A stretch of DNA of 64,000 bases from assembly GCF_001194135.2 (NCBI RefSeq), contig NC_068983.1, forward strand, positions 25,778,598-25,842,597, in the 5' to 3' direction. The notes under the pieces are model-generated. The model made no database searches. It saw only the letters and a program-made list of their open reading frames with translations, and had not been told where the DNA came from. Positions 1-13,104 of the stretch are shown here, piece by piece; positions within the stretch are counted from its first letter, which is position 1, and each line of letters begins with the position of its first letter. The translations under genes were made by a program, and so were the position numbers. Source of the stretch: Octopus bimaculoides (lineage: Eukaryota).

Positions 1-41
<41 letters not shown>
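1..41. repeat. (TA)n microsatellite
   Basis: Pure TA run at the window start. Confidence 0.95.
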
Positions 42-45
<4 letters not shown>

Positions 46-1751
46 CATGTGTAGATGGAGAGGTGTGCATAAACCAAAGGGAACATATAAGTGTGAGAGG
101 TTACAAGCACTCAGACTTTCAACGCTGACGATGACGCCATAAGTCTTCTACAGCCGTATTAAGTCTTGTATAGCCGTAGTGATCGCGTGTCTCAGGAGGA
201 TATGAAGCATCCATAATTTCTCTTGAAACGAGCCAAGAAAAGGTATGTTGCATGCACATCACTAGGAAATGAGAAGCTAATTTTTTTGCAGTTAATATAT
301 GGGGAATATTTAAATAATCTGCTAATTTCGGTAAGGATGTTTGGCAACATTGCTTTAATTTATATATACGTCGTTTTAATTAGTCAATCCATCTTACTAT
401 GCAGTCTAGGTTGTTCTCTGTCAAGAATGCATGTCTCAGACATTGAGTTTCATTCTAACGGTAATGTTATAATTTATGTTTGAAACTGATAAATGGTGAA
501 ATACTTTCCAAGACTATACATATCCTTTTCTAATATTTATAAACGAGGCTCCTGAAGAACATGACATTTTAGTGCTAGAATATAATGAACCACATAATAT
601 AAGCTATAACAAATTACATTAACCATCAGACTTACAGATTGTAACGATGTGTGAACCGTCTGTTGGTTCTCGAAAAGTAATTTCAGTTTAATTATTGCAG
701 GTATTTGTGTGATAGATTACAACTGACCGTCACAAATTCTTATTTTGAAATACGTCAAACATACTCACTTATGCTATAAGTAAAAAAAAAGCTAATATCC
801 AAACGAATACCACCAAAACAGATGAAAGAAAAAAAAGTTCGTCTATATCCTCTTCAAATCTTTATTTTCCCACTTAAGCGCAATATATGTATTTATAGAG
901 GAAGCAAACAAGAGCATGCGATATTTATTACTTTATCAAAGAAATTAGCGACGGGGAAGATGAAGAAGAATGATGATTAAGAAAATTGAGAAGCGATTTG
1001 ATCGTTACGCTCATATAATTCTACTCCACTCTACTTCTACTTTTCTCTACTCTGTTGTGATATCCAGAAAAAAATAATGTCATGTTTTTGATTGCATCAA
1101 TATTATGGCAAGTAGAAACAGTTCACTTTGAAAAGAATATAACGTAGAAATAAATTGTACTTTCTTTCTGTTACATTACTTTCTCTAAATCCGCCCATTT
1201 AGCTTATGATTTTAAAAAAAAAAGCAAAAGTAGAGTTAATACAATTTTTCTTAGATTAGATAAACTCTTGTTTAGTTTCATCGGGTTCTCTTACATTTCT
1301 TGTACACAACATTAGCTTTGTTCACATAATATAGGGACATCAGAATTACAACCCATTTCTTTCATCTACACAAGGAAAGATATAAATATAGAAACGTAGT
1401 TTGCTTGTACACTAGAGGCTAAATACGATCACATTGAAAAAATATATATATATAACAAATATATTTTCACACTTAAGTCAGTGAAAATAATGATTTTAAC
1501 TTGAAAATAATGAATTTAACAAGATAAGAATATCGGGAAAGTAGACAAGTAGATCTCTGTTACACATCATTGAGCTTAATAACGATATAAATGTGTGTGT
1601 ATGTGTGTGTGTGTGTGTGTGTGCGCGCGCGCGTGTGTGTGGGGTAAATATATATGTGTATGTATGTGCACGTGCGTTTGCATAGTGCATGTGTATGTAC
1701 GTGTGTGAGTATGCACACACACATGTATATATATATATATANNNNNNNNNN

Positions 1752-1870
1752 CGACGGGCTTCTTTCAGTTTCAGTCTACCAAATCCACTCACAAGGCTTT
1801 GGTCGGCCCGAGGCTATAGTAGAAGACACTTGCCCAAGATGCCACGCAGTGGGACTGAACCCGGGACCAT
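1752..1870 (-). mobile_element. tRNA-derived SINE, family A (partial copy)
   Basis: Reverse complement of the copy at 36368 (atggtcccgggttcagtcccactgcgtggcatcttgggcaagtgtcttctactatagcctcgggccgacc...gaaagaagcccgtcg). The tRNA head is truncated and the 3' side runs into a gap. Confidence 0.9.
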
Positions 1871-3239
1871 TTGCACCTACTTTTGTGTCAACTAAGAGAA
1901 AATAAATTTCAAATGATAGATTGGACCATTGCATAATCTGCATATAATAAGTACTATTGAATATGTTATGATCTTGAAGTTCAGGAATATAAAAGAAATA
2001 TTTTAGTGAACTTATGACAACAATTGTCAATATATTCTGAATATCTTACAACTACACTTAAAGCGTATTTGAATGTATAAACATGGAACATAGCCCATGG
2101 CACTTTATGGTTATTCCACTCTTCACCAAATATAGAAAAGAATCGCAATTTTAATATTAGATATTATATTTCAGCCATTTCTGGATACCGTTCAAAAAAA
2201 AACTCTGTAAAATGTAGTCATTACTATAAATTGTGCTCCTGCACTAAAGACTAGAGATACGGCCACGATATGCAATTGAGGACATTCTAACTTCCTTGAT
2301 TAAAAGCCTTTATCATAAAACGTTGTACGAAACCTTCTGCATTGAGGTAAAGTACTAAAGTAATTGATCGACATCAAAATCACGAGTTTGCTTTAAACAG
2401 ACGTGTTTTTCTAAATGTTTTCAAGTTACCTCTCAAAAAATTTAGAATTAAACTGAAAAATAATAGACTTGTATTACATAGAAAATGGTGATATTAACTT
2501 CGAAATTGATATATTACATTTTAGGGGCCTCTGGAGCTACGTATACTGATAATTAAATGTGATGTAGACAGAGCGTAGACATGTTGGAAGGGCGTACAGA
2601 AGGAGAAGAAAAATACTTGTGGGTATGTGTTGTAGTTAGTTTTTATTAGATTTAATGTGCGAATCTTTTAACTGCTTAAGGTTTCACAAATCGTTGACAT
2701 AAGTGTACAATCTGGCGTGTCACATTTTTATATATGTGTGTGCGTATGTATATATATTATGTATATATATATATATATATATATNNNNNNNNNNNNNNNN
2801 NNNNNNNNNNNNNNNNNNNNNNNNNNNNNNNNNNNNNNNNNNNNNNNNNNNNNNNNNNNNNNNNNNNNNNNNNNNNNNNNNNNNNNNNNNNNNNNNNNNN
2901 NNNNNNNNNNNNNNNNNNNNNNNNNNNNNNNNNNNNTATGTATCTATATATGTATATACATATATAAGGAGGCTTCTGGTATGCATATGTATTTTGCAAA
3001 TATAACAACTGTGATGGGTTTTCTACTATGTCTGCACGTGAAGTTTCATGTATTCTGATATGCCTTTTTCAGAAACCAACTACACCGAAGAATCTTGTTA
3101 GGAATTGGGCAGGAGATTTTTGGGGTTACGTAGCAAGTATGTTCCTATATGTGTCTTGATTTTGTCCCCATGCATCTGACTATTCATTAGTAATGTAGCT
3201 TTTGATAAGAATTGGTGGTTACAGGAAGTGCACATGTAA

Positions 3240-3900
3240 CCGTCCTCGAAATCACTTGCTTTCAAATAACATTCCGTTTTTCCGTGTTGAAATTCATTGT
3301 TTTCAGTTGTTTCACACCATTTCTTGATTGTGCTAGACCACTTTGATTACTCCAAAGGAAGCGTTTCTCAAGATTGATTTTCCATGTTCAAAATTTTCAG
3401 ATTTACTTTAATCAGATCTTTCTTCCGGGGTTTATGCTATAGCCACTTATTAGTGTTAGCCTGCACATAAAATATTTGCCTAAAAACTTTGGGTCACCAT
3501 CCTAATTAGATGAATCAACAAGTGCATTTGATTAAAAATAATATTTTTCCACGTTGAGCTTATTAGCGTTTGCAGGAAGAATAGCGGCTGGGGTTTTCGT
3601 CTCTGGGGATTTTATCTTTCGCAAATTCCTTAAACAGTTTTGGTGGAATCTTTCAAGTGGTGCGATGTGATGGTGATAAATTCTCCAACTTTCTGAAGCA
3701 TACAGAAATTAGTTTATATCACAACTTGTGTTGATAGAAATCTTCGTCTTGGGAGTGATTCATCTGTCATTCCACACTCATTTTCTAAAAGATGCCGAAT
3801 GAAGTGTTTGCTTTCATAATGAATTTCAGCAACTAAAGATCTATGAGATGATATAATGAATTTAAGATTTACAGAATTCTGGACAACTTCCTACCGTATT
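3240..3900 (-). mobile_element. RTE-clade LINE, decayed 3' end of ORF
   Basis: The frameshifted minus-strand translation gives ANTSFGIF, HHLKDSTK/FHQNCLRNLRKI, RMVTQ and IKVNLKILNMENQS, and WSSTIKK. These resemble the RTE/BovB C-terminal motifs (ASSAFGRL, RFHQRCLR, W+GH+xRM, W+xxA). Confidence 0.7.
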
Positions 3901-4451
3901 CAATTTATCCTGATGTTAGGATGAGCAAAACTCTTCTCGAGATCCTGGCGTTTTGTTATTGATAGACTAACAGTGACTCCAAACGCAGGGAAAGCTGTAG
4001 AAAAAATGTCACATAAACAATTGCATATCTTGTGAATGAGCAACCAATTCGACTTCGATAGCACATAGCAATTCACGCAAATGCTGAACAAAACATTGCA
4101 TACACACACATGCGCACACACACACACGAAAATGTAACACAACAGATTGTACACTTATGTACACGATCTGTGAAACTTTAAACAGTTGAAAGATTCGCAC
4201 ATTAAATCTAATAAAAAGAAAAAGAGTGAAATTACATAGTTTACGAGTGATTAGGAAATTTATGTACCAATTGCACGTGTTCTAAAAGGATAAGCAACAG
4301 CTTATGTGGAATAGTAGGTGACTGTGTATAAGTAGCTCTGAGAAAGCTTTATGGTGTACTGGCATTCAATTTGGTGTTCTAAGCCTTAATGAATCGGAAC
4401 TTTAATGAGGCGAAGTTTTAGGTCACATGGAAAAAAAATCATACCGTTTTA

Positions 4452-4552
<101 letters not shown>

Positions 4553-5099
4553 ACACATATACGCGCAAAAAAATCACACATACATACATAAGTGCATAAA
4601 TTTATAATCAAAATTAAGTCAATTTCTATGTTTTTAAAAATTAATGAATTTGTTGACCAAGCGAGAATAAAAGCACGTAATCTTATCATCGAGAGAATAG
4701 TATTGGTGGCCCTGTATGTGTATGGGTATCTATATGCAGCCATAATTATGTTGCTCTGTGTATATGCTGGCATGCAAAAAGGAAATAGAATATTATCGCT
4801 AGATATATATTCAGTTTTGCTATAACTGTATTCACTGTAGAGGAAATAAATGTTTATTGAACATTTCTTCTGATTCCGGACATACATTCATTTAAATAAA
4901 GTTTGTATTGTTTATCTTATCTAGTACACACGTACACATACACACACATACGCACATGCACAGACACAGAAACACAGACGTATGTGCATGTATGTATAGA
5001 CATAAGTATATCTGTATGTATAGTATGTGTAGATGCATCTATCTATTCTATATATATATATATATAAATGATTTACATTTAAAAGTTAATCTTACGTAT

Positions 5100-5720
5100 C
5101 AACACACAATCCGAGGAACATGGAAGCATACATCATCCACTAGACATACCACACCTTATGAATGACCTGCCAATGAAAAAGGCACAGGAAACACATACGA
5201 CTATTGAGAGCAAGTGACATCCGCAATCCTTAAAAAAGTTACTCACAAGCGCCAAATTACTCACCTCAAATACGACTCCGCTAGACATGAAATGCAACCA
5301 CCTCAGCAGTGGGACTTGCATATTGTTCTTGGAGGATCAACATACAAATCTAAGTCAGGTCAAACTTCTACCATAAAAAAATCAGTTCACCTCTGCATCA
5401 AAGAACTTAATCTGTGTTCTGAAATGTGGAGGGCGCGATGGAGACTACACAGGACAAAATAGTTTGAACTAGAGGGACAGACTGATGGTACACAAGCAAC
5501 AAATCCGGGACCCCACGACCAGGAAAATTCCCGTTAGCAAACACCTAGACCAATATCCCGCAAACATAAACCCGAAATACCAAATCTTCCCTCTCTATCA
5601 ATGCCCTGGAAACACTTCAACCCAATTCCGTTTGAATAAGGAAAGCATGCTCATTAAAAAATATAAACCACAGCTGAATATCATTTACGAAGAAGTAAAA
5701 ACACAAAAAGAAAAACAGAA
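5100..5720 (+). mobile_element. Penelope-like element, GIY-YIG endonuclease relic
   Basis: From 5401 it reads KNLICVLKCGGRDGDYTGQNSLN*RDRLMVHKQQIRDPTTRKIPVSKHLD...FPLYQ...RLNKESMLIKKYKPQLN. This matches the NLIY..C..C..YxGQT...R...H...KE..I..YKP.LN pattern of PLE endonucleases and has an in-frame stop. Confidence 0.8.
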
Positions 5721-6339
5721 AAAGTCCCAATTTCTCCACAAAAAACAAAACAAAACATCCGGTTACGACAGACATAATTAAAAAAACTTTAGTTACAGTT
5801 TCCCATTCGGGTTTCGAAACCCCAACTCAAACCACCATACGGTAATACCATGCAAACACCAGTTGCTGACGCCTCCTCACTCTAGACCAATGAAATTTTA
5901 CCTCTGATCAAAACCGAACTTCAGTAAATATGACAAGATGACGCTTTAAGAGAATCAACCAACTGGAACGGCTGATGAACGTTCTCCACAGGGAAGTCAA
6001 CCAAGCAGAACGATAAACTTGACCACCAGAAAAATGAGACATCATCAGTACTTTAACGAATCAAAAATCAGATCCGTTCACTGAAGAAAACAAAAACATT
6101 ATAAATACACTAGATTCCAAAAACCGCCGTTACAAGTGAAAATCCCTGCACATGATGGAAAAAGAATCACAGAAACTGTAACAAAACCCTTTTTTATTAT
6201 TATCTTCATTTCTTGTTTTCCTCCCTCATAACGATCAATTCTAATGCTGTTGAATTTTGTGTATTTAAACAAGATGGTTTTTCTAACTTGCAATCTTAAA
6301 TTTTTATCATTGATAAACAAAACATATTCTTTTCTACTC

Positions 6340-6545
6340 TAGGCGCAAGGGCCAACATTTTTTTGGGAGGTGGCCAGTCCATTATATTGACCCCTCCCCC
6401 AGTACGCAACTGGTACTTGATTTATCGACCCAGAAAGGATGAAAGGCAAAGTTGACCTCGGCGGAATTTGAACTCAGACCGTAAAGACACGAAATACGCT
6501 AAACATTTCGTCCGGCTTGCTAACGTTTCTGCTAGCTCACCGCCT
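6340..6545 (-). mobile_element. tRNA-derived SINE, family B
   Basis: Minus strand reads ggcggtgagctagcagaaacgttagc...ctgagttcaaattccgccgaggtcaactttgcctttcatcctttctgggtcgataaatcaagtaccagttgcgtactggg, with A- and B-box-like motifs. Homologous to 13341, 15340, 39131 and 61195. Confidence 0.9.
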
Positions 6546-7213
6546 TGATAAACAAAAAATGCTGTTGAAACTATTTTGGTATGAACGTAAATAAATTTAT
6601 TTAAAAACAATTACAAGTTTTTTCAAATTCAGGTGCATTTTCAACAACATTTTTTTCTATATTGTTTCCTCCTTGCAAATACACCCCCTCTTTTGTTATA
6701 CATATAAGGAAGCTATTGGTAGCTCACAACTATTTATTGTGTACATTAAACAATCATCTCTGAATGGATGAGATCTTGTTGATCTTACCTTAACAGAAAA
6801 GCAAACTGCATATGTATGTATGTAAGTATGTATATATGTATGTAAGTATGTATATATGTATCTATCTATGTTTATATACATGTATATCCATAAATACATG
6901 CATACACGCACACACATGCTAATTATACATGTGTATATATATTTGTAGCTATGTATGAACGTATACATATATATGCATATATACTCGGTCCAACGAGAAT
7001 AAACGCACGGAATATTAATATGTAGATATAGGTATTGTTGAATCTGTGTGTATTGGTTTATATATGCATTTATATCTGTATATTTTTATGTATATGTTTG
7101 GTATATGTACACGAAATAAAATAATTCCAGTCGATATGTATTTAGGTTTGCTATCAATATATAAACCATGCACATACATGAATATGTCTGTAAGTAGATG
7201 TAAGTATGTATAT

Positions 7214-7244
<31 letters not shown>

Positions 7245-7294
7245 CACATATATCTATATACATAAATATATGCATGCATAAATTCAGACACACA

Positions 7295-7347
<53 letters not shown>

Positions 7348-7907
7348 GTCAAATTCGTTGAGCAGAATACAAACTGAATTTATTTTTCTTTTCACCTTCT
7401 TAACGAAAACAGCAAAAATACGAACTTTTTTTTTCTCCCGAAACTTATTTACGTTCATCGTGTTCTTGTATAATATTTTCTCCTTCCCATTTGCTCTGTC
7501 TAGCNNNNNNNNNNNNNNNNNNNNNNNNNNNNNNNNNNNNNNNNNNNNNNNNNNNNNNNNNNNNNNNNNNNNNNNNNNNNNNNNNNNNNNNNNNNNNNNN
7601 NNNNNNNNNNNNNNNNNNNNNNNNNNNNNNNNNNNNNNNNNNNNNNNNNNNNNNNNNNNNNNNNNNNNNNNNNNNNNNNNNNNNNNNNNNNNNNNNNNNN
7701 NNNNNNNNNNNNNNNNNNNNNNNNNNNNNNNNNNNNNNNNNNNNNNNNNNNNNNNNNNNNNNNNNNNNNNNNNNNNNNNNNNNNNNNNNNNNNNNNNNNN
7801 NNNNNNNNNNNNNNNNNNNNNNNNNNNNNNNNNNNNNNNNNNNNNNNNNNNNNNNNNNNNNNNNNNNNNNNNNNNNNNNNNNNNNNNNNNNNNNNNNNNN
7901 NNNNNNN

Positions 7908-7948
<41 letters not shown>

Positions 7949-7955
7949 ATGTATG

Positions 7956-8818
7956 TAAAGAAGGTTGTGCCTAGAGGTGCCCGAACTAGCTGTAGTTAAT
8001 AAAAAGAACTTATTCACCTAAGTTTTAGCATCATCTTCTTCGACGTATTCACCTTGCGCAGTAATACAACGTTCTTAGGGTTCCAGTCAGTTTTGGAACC
8101 CGGCCTGAAAGTCGTTTTCCTAAGCGGGTCGAGGACCTTCGGGGATTCTCTTTGGATCTCAACAACGGTGTTAAAACAGCCACATTTGAACTGTATTTTG
8201 ATCTTGGAGAAGAGATGGAAGGCTGGCGAATAGAGCGGGTACAGAAGCAGTACCTGTGTTTTGGTGAGAAACTTGCGAGTGAGGAGGACACAGTGGGGAA
8301 TCCAATTCTTCGCGCTCCACAGACCTGATCGCTTTCACTGAATGTCCTACATCAAACTCTTCAGCACATGGCAGTAGAGCTTTTGATTGACGATGCGACC
8401 CTGGGGGAAGAATTCTCGATGTATATTACTACATTTCTGGAGGTGACGCTCGTGGAAGCTATTCCAAATCGCTCATCGTCTTCATTTTTGAAGCACCCGT
8501 GCCACTCGAAGTATTTCGTACGATTCATTGCATCGTTGCTGTGGGCTTGCCGATACTCAATGTCTCTGTAGCAGACTTCGCAAGTTGAACGCAAAATTTC
8601 ACTTTGGCTCTTTGTTCTCCATGATAATATCGCAGACTAGAGCGTACACGTGATCACTAAAGCAAACATTTCACAGCTTGCGAAGTAAACACAGCAATGT
8701 CACTCAGCACACTGCCTCATGAAGATCAAAGATAGCTCTCAACGCGTACGTAACTATGTGTTGCCATCTGCTGACGTGCTACAGAACTTGTCTAGGAACT
8801 TTTTGATACCACTTCGAA
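7956..8818 (-). mobile_element. Internally deleted mariner (Tc1/mariner) relic
   Basis: Frameshifted minus-strand peptides: EQRAKVKFCVQLAKSATETL, RQAHSNDAMNRTKYFEWHGCFKNEDDERFG, FFPQGRIVNQKLYCHVL, YPLYSPA.HLFSKIKIQFK and AQGEYVEED. There are degenerate TIRs at both ends (about 7956-7990 and 8780-8818), and the central WVPHEL/TGDE region is missing. Confidence 0.85.
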
Positions 8819-9085
8819 TGTATGAATATCTGATCGTCTGGGTTCCATATACATGTATATTAGCCTTTTCTGTTCCTTTCAAGTTTTTTCAAGTAACACG
8901 ATGGTTCGACATATAGCCAGGAATAAATTCTGTAATCCTTTTGCTGAATACTTGGATGTTCGGACCTAAATTCAACAATATTTTGCCTTGGCATATGTGA
9001 AATAGCTGAATAAGAAAGCGAAATAGAACGCGTACATATATATGTTCATATAAATGTATATATGTACACACGTACACGCGCGCGC

Positions 9086-9214
9086 GAGTGGTTCTGTGGT
9101 AAGTAGCTTGCTTAGCAACCACATGGTTCTGGGTTCAGTCCAACTGCGTGGAACTTCGGGTCGACGAAAGCCTTGTGAGTGGATGTGGTAGACGGAAACT
9201 GAAAGAAAACCTTC
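9086..9214 (+). mobile_element. tRNA-derived SINE, family A (internally deleted)
   Basis: gagtggttctgtggtaagtagcttgcttagcaaccacatggttctgggttcagtcc...gacggaaactgaaagaa matches 36368, with about 35 nt deleted. Confidence 0.85.
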
Positions 9215-10120
9215 ATATATTTAATTCTTTGCCAAACACACGTATATTCTAATTTTGTGGAAACGAGGTTTTCAATGTGTATAGAGTGTAGTTAGTCCAC
9301 GATTTTATTTTGTTTGATTGTTTTATTTTTTGTTGTATATGTCTATAGTGTAGTTCATTATTTGTTTATCGAGAACCATTTTTTAAATTTCTGGCATGGA
9401 TACAATTATCGGACATCGCACGTTCGATCAAATTCTTAGATCTAATTCTCTGATGCCTATCATGGTCTTTGCCTAAGCTGTTTTACTTGATGGCGTTTTA
9501 TGCAGCTGGCAAAACTGTTAGTGTAAGCTCTATCATTATGTAGCTGTACTTTTCGTTGCCTAACTTTGGCTATCCATATAGGTTGTTGCTGATTGTGTCA
9601 TCATCACCTCCAAGTATATTTGCTTCATTGCATGCATTATGTTGATCCAGTGCTGAATTTTCAATCATTTAATTTTTAGATCCTGTTACGTGTTTCTCAT
9701 GCAATGTTACAAGTTTCCTTTATATTACTAATAGTCTCAGGCGTTTCAGGCACCGAACATGTAGAGGTCTGTTTTACATTGATTTCTTAATCTTATTAAG
9801 GAATTTATAGCTTAGATTTCTTTCAGGTTGCCATTTTTCATCATAACTCTCATTTCAATCACTGTTTAGTATTCCAAGCTTTTCTTTAAGAAGGAATACA
9901 GTTTTTATTTGTTCTTGTAAACCGAGGCTCGTATGTTTTCCAGGTGTGTCAACTAAGTTATTGACAACGTCAAACCGCAAAAAATGTCCAAACTTTCCTG
10001 AGGCACTGATGCGATGATGCATGTTTTGTTCTGTTATATACTTTGTTTTAACACAGTGTATTCTAAGAAACAAAATTTTGTCTGTATAAAATACTCTAGC
10101 AAGCATTTTTCTATAGCATA

Positions 10121-10549
10121 TACCGTAAATCCTCGAGTATAATCCGCACTTTTTTCTCAAAATGTAAAGGTCAAAATTTCTAGTACCTACTATATACGAG
10201 GTTAAAAATGAAAAACATTTTCTAAACAACATTTTCTAAGTGATAAATACGTAAAGGCAATTTACTTAATATCTATTTTTCACTGACGTTATTACTGTAA
10301 TTTCTTCATTTTCTGCAAACAAAGTGCACAAAAAGGCTACACGTTTGCATTATGTTATATATACAATGATAATAAAGGATGTCACCGTATATACGTTTAC
10401 AATCCAAGGACGTTATATAGACCTCCTTGACTCAAGTTAGAGAAGGGGTGCATATTATACACAAGGTTTAGATTTTTCAGAGGTACAGCCCCCTAAAAAT
10501 CCCGTGCGTATTATACTCAAGTGCAGACTATACTCGAGGATTTACGGTA
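10121..10549. mobile_element. MITE with CCGTA-start TIRs (Tc2/pogo-group-like) and TA target site
   Basis: Left end ta|ccgtaaatcctcgagtataatccgcac and right end gtgcagactatactcgaggatttacgg|ta form about 25-bp inverted termini flanked by TA. No ORF inside. Confidence 0.85.
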
Positions 10550-11114
10550 TGTATATTTGATATAATATAGTGCTACATATTTTCACTAGGTTTTCCATAA
10601 TTTTTCTGTAAATAATTTTGTAGTCCTACAGTGGATATATTACGCCGCTTTGTTTGCAGCTGCATAAGGTCCTAACGTCTTATACTTGTGGTATAAACAT
10701 AGTCTTTATATGTAATGTTTGGGATGTTTTATTTTAAATTCGATTATTAGATTACTGACTTTCTCTCTAGTTTTGTTTGATTACTTAGCATCTAATTAAG
10801 AATATTGTATCTCTAACTTATTAATGTTACAGCTATTGATGTTTATTGCCTCAGTTTGTTGCCATTAGTTCTGTTTTAAGTGTTAATCTAATGCGTTTAT
10901 AATGCTTTTCCCTACCTTTCCTTTCATTTGTATATGTTGTACAATGTCTAATTCGTTGGTTTCTAATTAATTGTATTTGTTCTTATTCTTTTATCTCTAG
11001 TTATTTATCTTCATGATTTTAAGCAATGTATTTTTATATTTACGTTTGTGTTGGCGCTGTTTTCTAATCTGAATCTCTGATAAATAATACGGTAGTGTTT
11101 CTGGTCTTCTGTCA

Positions 11115-11330
11115 TCAGCAGCACAAAAATCTGTGATAAAATACAACACTGTTTAAAATGTCGGTTATAGGCATCTGTGTCATACAAAATGTGAGTGGAG
11201 ACAGCGAATGATCCCTTTGAATATTACTGTTGTACTGTCGATGAATTTCGTTTTTACAATTCCCTCCTTTGTGAATATCTAAAAAATTGTTTAACATACA
11301 CACATTCCAACAGGCCGGCGTCATTAATTG
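11115..11330 (-). mobile_element. Non-LTR retrotransposon RT fragment (R4/Dong-like)
   Basis: Minus-strand peptide SNIQRDHSLSPLTFCMTQMPITDILN resembles the RT motif GIFQGDSLSPLLFC...PLxxIL. Confidence 0.5.
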
Positions 11331-11516
11331 CTGTAGTTATTTTTTATACTTTTGAGTCATTGTGAAGATTTTATAGATATATATATATACATAGGAAGAC
11401 CTATTGTTTCTATTTTTTGACCATGTTCCTCACTTTGAAAATTTTGCATTTGCTATTGCTGTGATTGTGCTTTATATACTTAGATAGTTTTTGCTATTTG
11501 TTGTTCGTTACTTATA

Positions 11517-11850
11517 GGCGCGTGGCTGTATGGTAAGTAGCTTGCTTACCAACTACATGGTTCCGGGTTCAGTCCCACTGCGTGGCACCTTAGGCAAGTG
11601 TTTTCTACTATAACCTCAGGCCGAACTTGCGAATGGATTGTGTATGTTTCTGTGCCTGGGTTTGTCCATCTACCTTCATTTGACAACCGATGTTTGTGTG
11701 TTTACGTCCCCGTAACTTAGCGGTTCGGCAAAGCAGTCCGATAGAATAAGTACTAGGCTTACAAAGAATAAGTCCTGGGGTCGATTTGTTCGACTAAAGG
11801 CGGTGCTCCAGCATGGCCGCAGTCAAATGACTGAAGCAAATAAAAGAATA
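11517..11850 (+). mobile_element. tRNA-derived SINE, family A (near full length)
   Basis: Has the tRNA-like head gtggctgtatggtaagtagcttgcttacc...ccgggttcagtcccactgcg and the 3' tail ...ggtgctccagcatggccgcagtcaaatgactgaagcaaataaaagaata. Homologous to 36368. Confidence 0.9.
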
Positions 11851-11932
11851 TATTTCTGTCATGTCTTCAATATTTATACATTTCTATTTCTATATTCGAT
11901 ATCTCTTTTTTTAAAAAAATATATTTTGAATA

Positions 11933-12980
11933 TATTGAGTCATCCCATAAATAAGGCGGCTTTTTATACTTTTATTTTTCAAAATTAAGATGAGCAAAGT
12001 TATTTTTGAATCTAAAATATAATCACCTATCATTTTTCTACAATGCTCTTCTATCTATCTTGCAAAATTCACTTGTCCGTGACAAAAAAGTACTCCTCCA
12101 ATACTGTTGTGACCTCGTCCACAGCATTCACATTTTTTCCGTCCCATTGAGTTTGAAGACAGCGGAATAAATGATAATCAAATGGGGCAATGTCTGGCGA
12201 ATATGGGGGTGCGGCATCGTTTCCCATTCAAACTGCTCCAGCCTTTGTCATCCTAGCTGTATGTGGCCGAAAATTATCCTGATGGAAGAACAACTTTCGT
12301 CTTGAAAGCAAAGATGGTTGTTTTTCTTTTAGCGCTGACTAAAGCCGCTCAAAATGCTGACAGTAAATCTCCTTTGTTATTACTTGGTTTGGGTTTAAAA
12401 GTTCAAATTAGACTAAACCTTTCATATCCCACGAAACAAATAACAACACCTTACGTGGGTGAAGACATTCTGTAGCCTGGGGTGCCGATGTTTCTCCTTT
12501 CCTTACCCATTGTCTTCGGCGCTTGACATTTTCATAGAGAACGCATTTCTCGTCACCAGTCACTATCCGGTCCAAAAAAGGTTCATTTGTGAGACGAGAC
12601 AGTAAAGAAGAGCCCACATTCACTCTCTGCGCACGATTAGACTGGGAAAGTTTGTGAGGAAACGTTGACCCAATTTGCTGACTTTTCCAATGGAACGCAG
12701 TTGTCGATGAATGGTCCTCAACATTTACGATGGGATTTTGTTTCACCAACATTGACAGGACGTCCTCGGCGAGCTCTGCATATCTTCCAGTACGAGAATC
12801 GTCTGCTAGGCTGTAGTTTCCGGCCCAGAATTTCTGGAATTACCGTTGACACGGGCTTACGCTTATTGCTCGATCCCCATATACTGTATTAATATTCCTC
12901 GCACTTTCCGTTGCTTTGTAGGCTTTACAGAACTCATTAAACAAAATATGGCGAATATGTTACATTGTCACTTCCATTAT
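11933..12980 (-). pseudogene. Mariner transposase pseudogene (near full-length element)
   Basis: Minus strand from an ATG at about 12977 reads MEVTM*HIRHILFNEF..KATESARNINTVYGDRAIS..., FLDRIVTGDEKCVLYENVKRRRQW...LHPRKVLLFVSWDMKG. Later it has HHPHIRQTLPHLIIIY (a decayed HPPYSPDLAPSDY). The left end tattgagtcatcccataaat resembles the TIR at 39947. Confidence 0.9.
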
Positions 12981-13104
12981 AGCTTTGAAAAACATAACTG
13001 TTATAATCGAACTGCATTCTTCAAAGCTTGCACTGAGAATAAGTACAAGGTTAAATTATTACCTGCTTTTATTTTTTTATTATTACCTGCTTTTGTATTT
13101 CTTT

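Noticed and set aside
1282-1375. Minus-strand exon-like segment (tttccttgtgtAG|ATGAAAG…GAAAT|GTAAGA)
   Set aside because: It has stops in all frames and no nAChR similarity.
3074-3137. Plus-strand AG…GTATGT segment encoding KPTTPKNLVRNWAGDFWGYVA
   Set aside because: It has no recognisable homology and no partner exons, and it lies next to an RTE relic.
7046-7999. Long ORFs in the track (e.g. 317 aa here; 331-379 aa at 54551-55690; 312-334 aa at 58093-59149)
   Set aside because: They consist of N-gaps and (CA)/(TA) microsatellite translations (HTHT, YIYI, VCVC) and are not genes.
9330-10100. Non-microsatellite stretch possibly continuing the LINE fragments at 11115
   Set aside because: I could not recover convincing RT or endonuclease motifs by eye.
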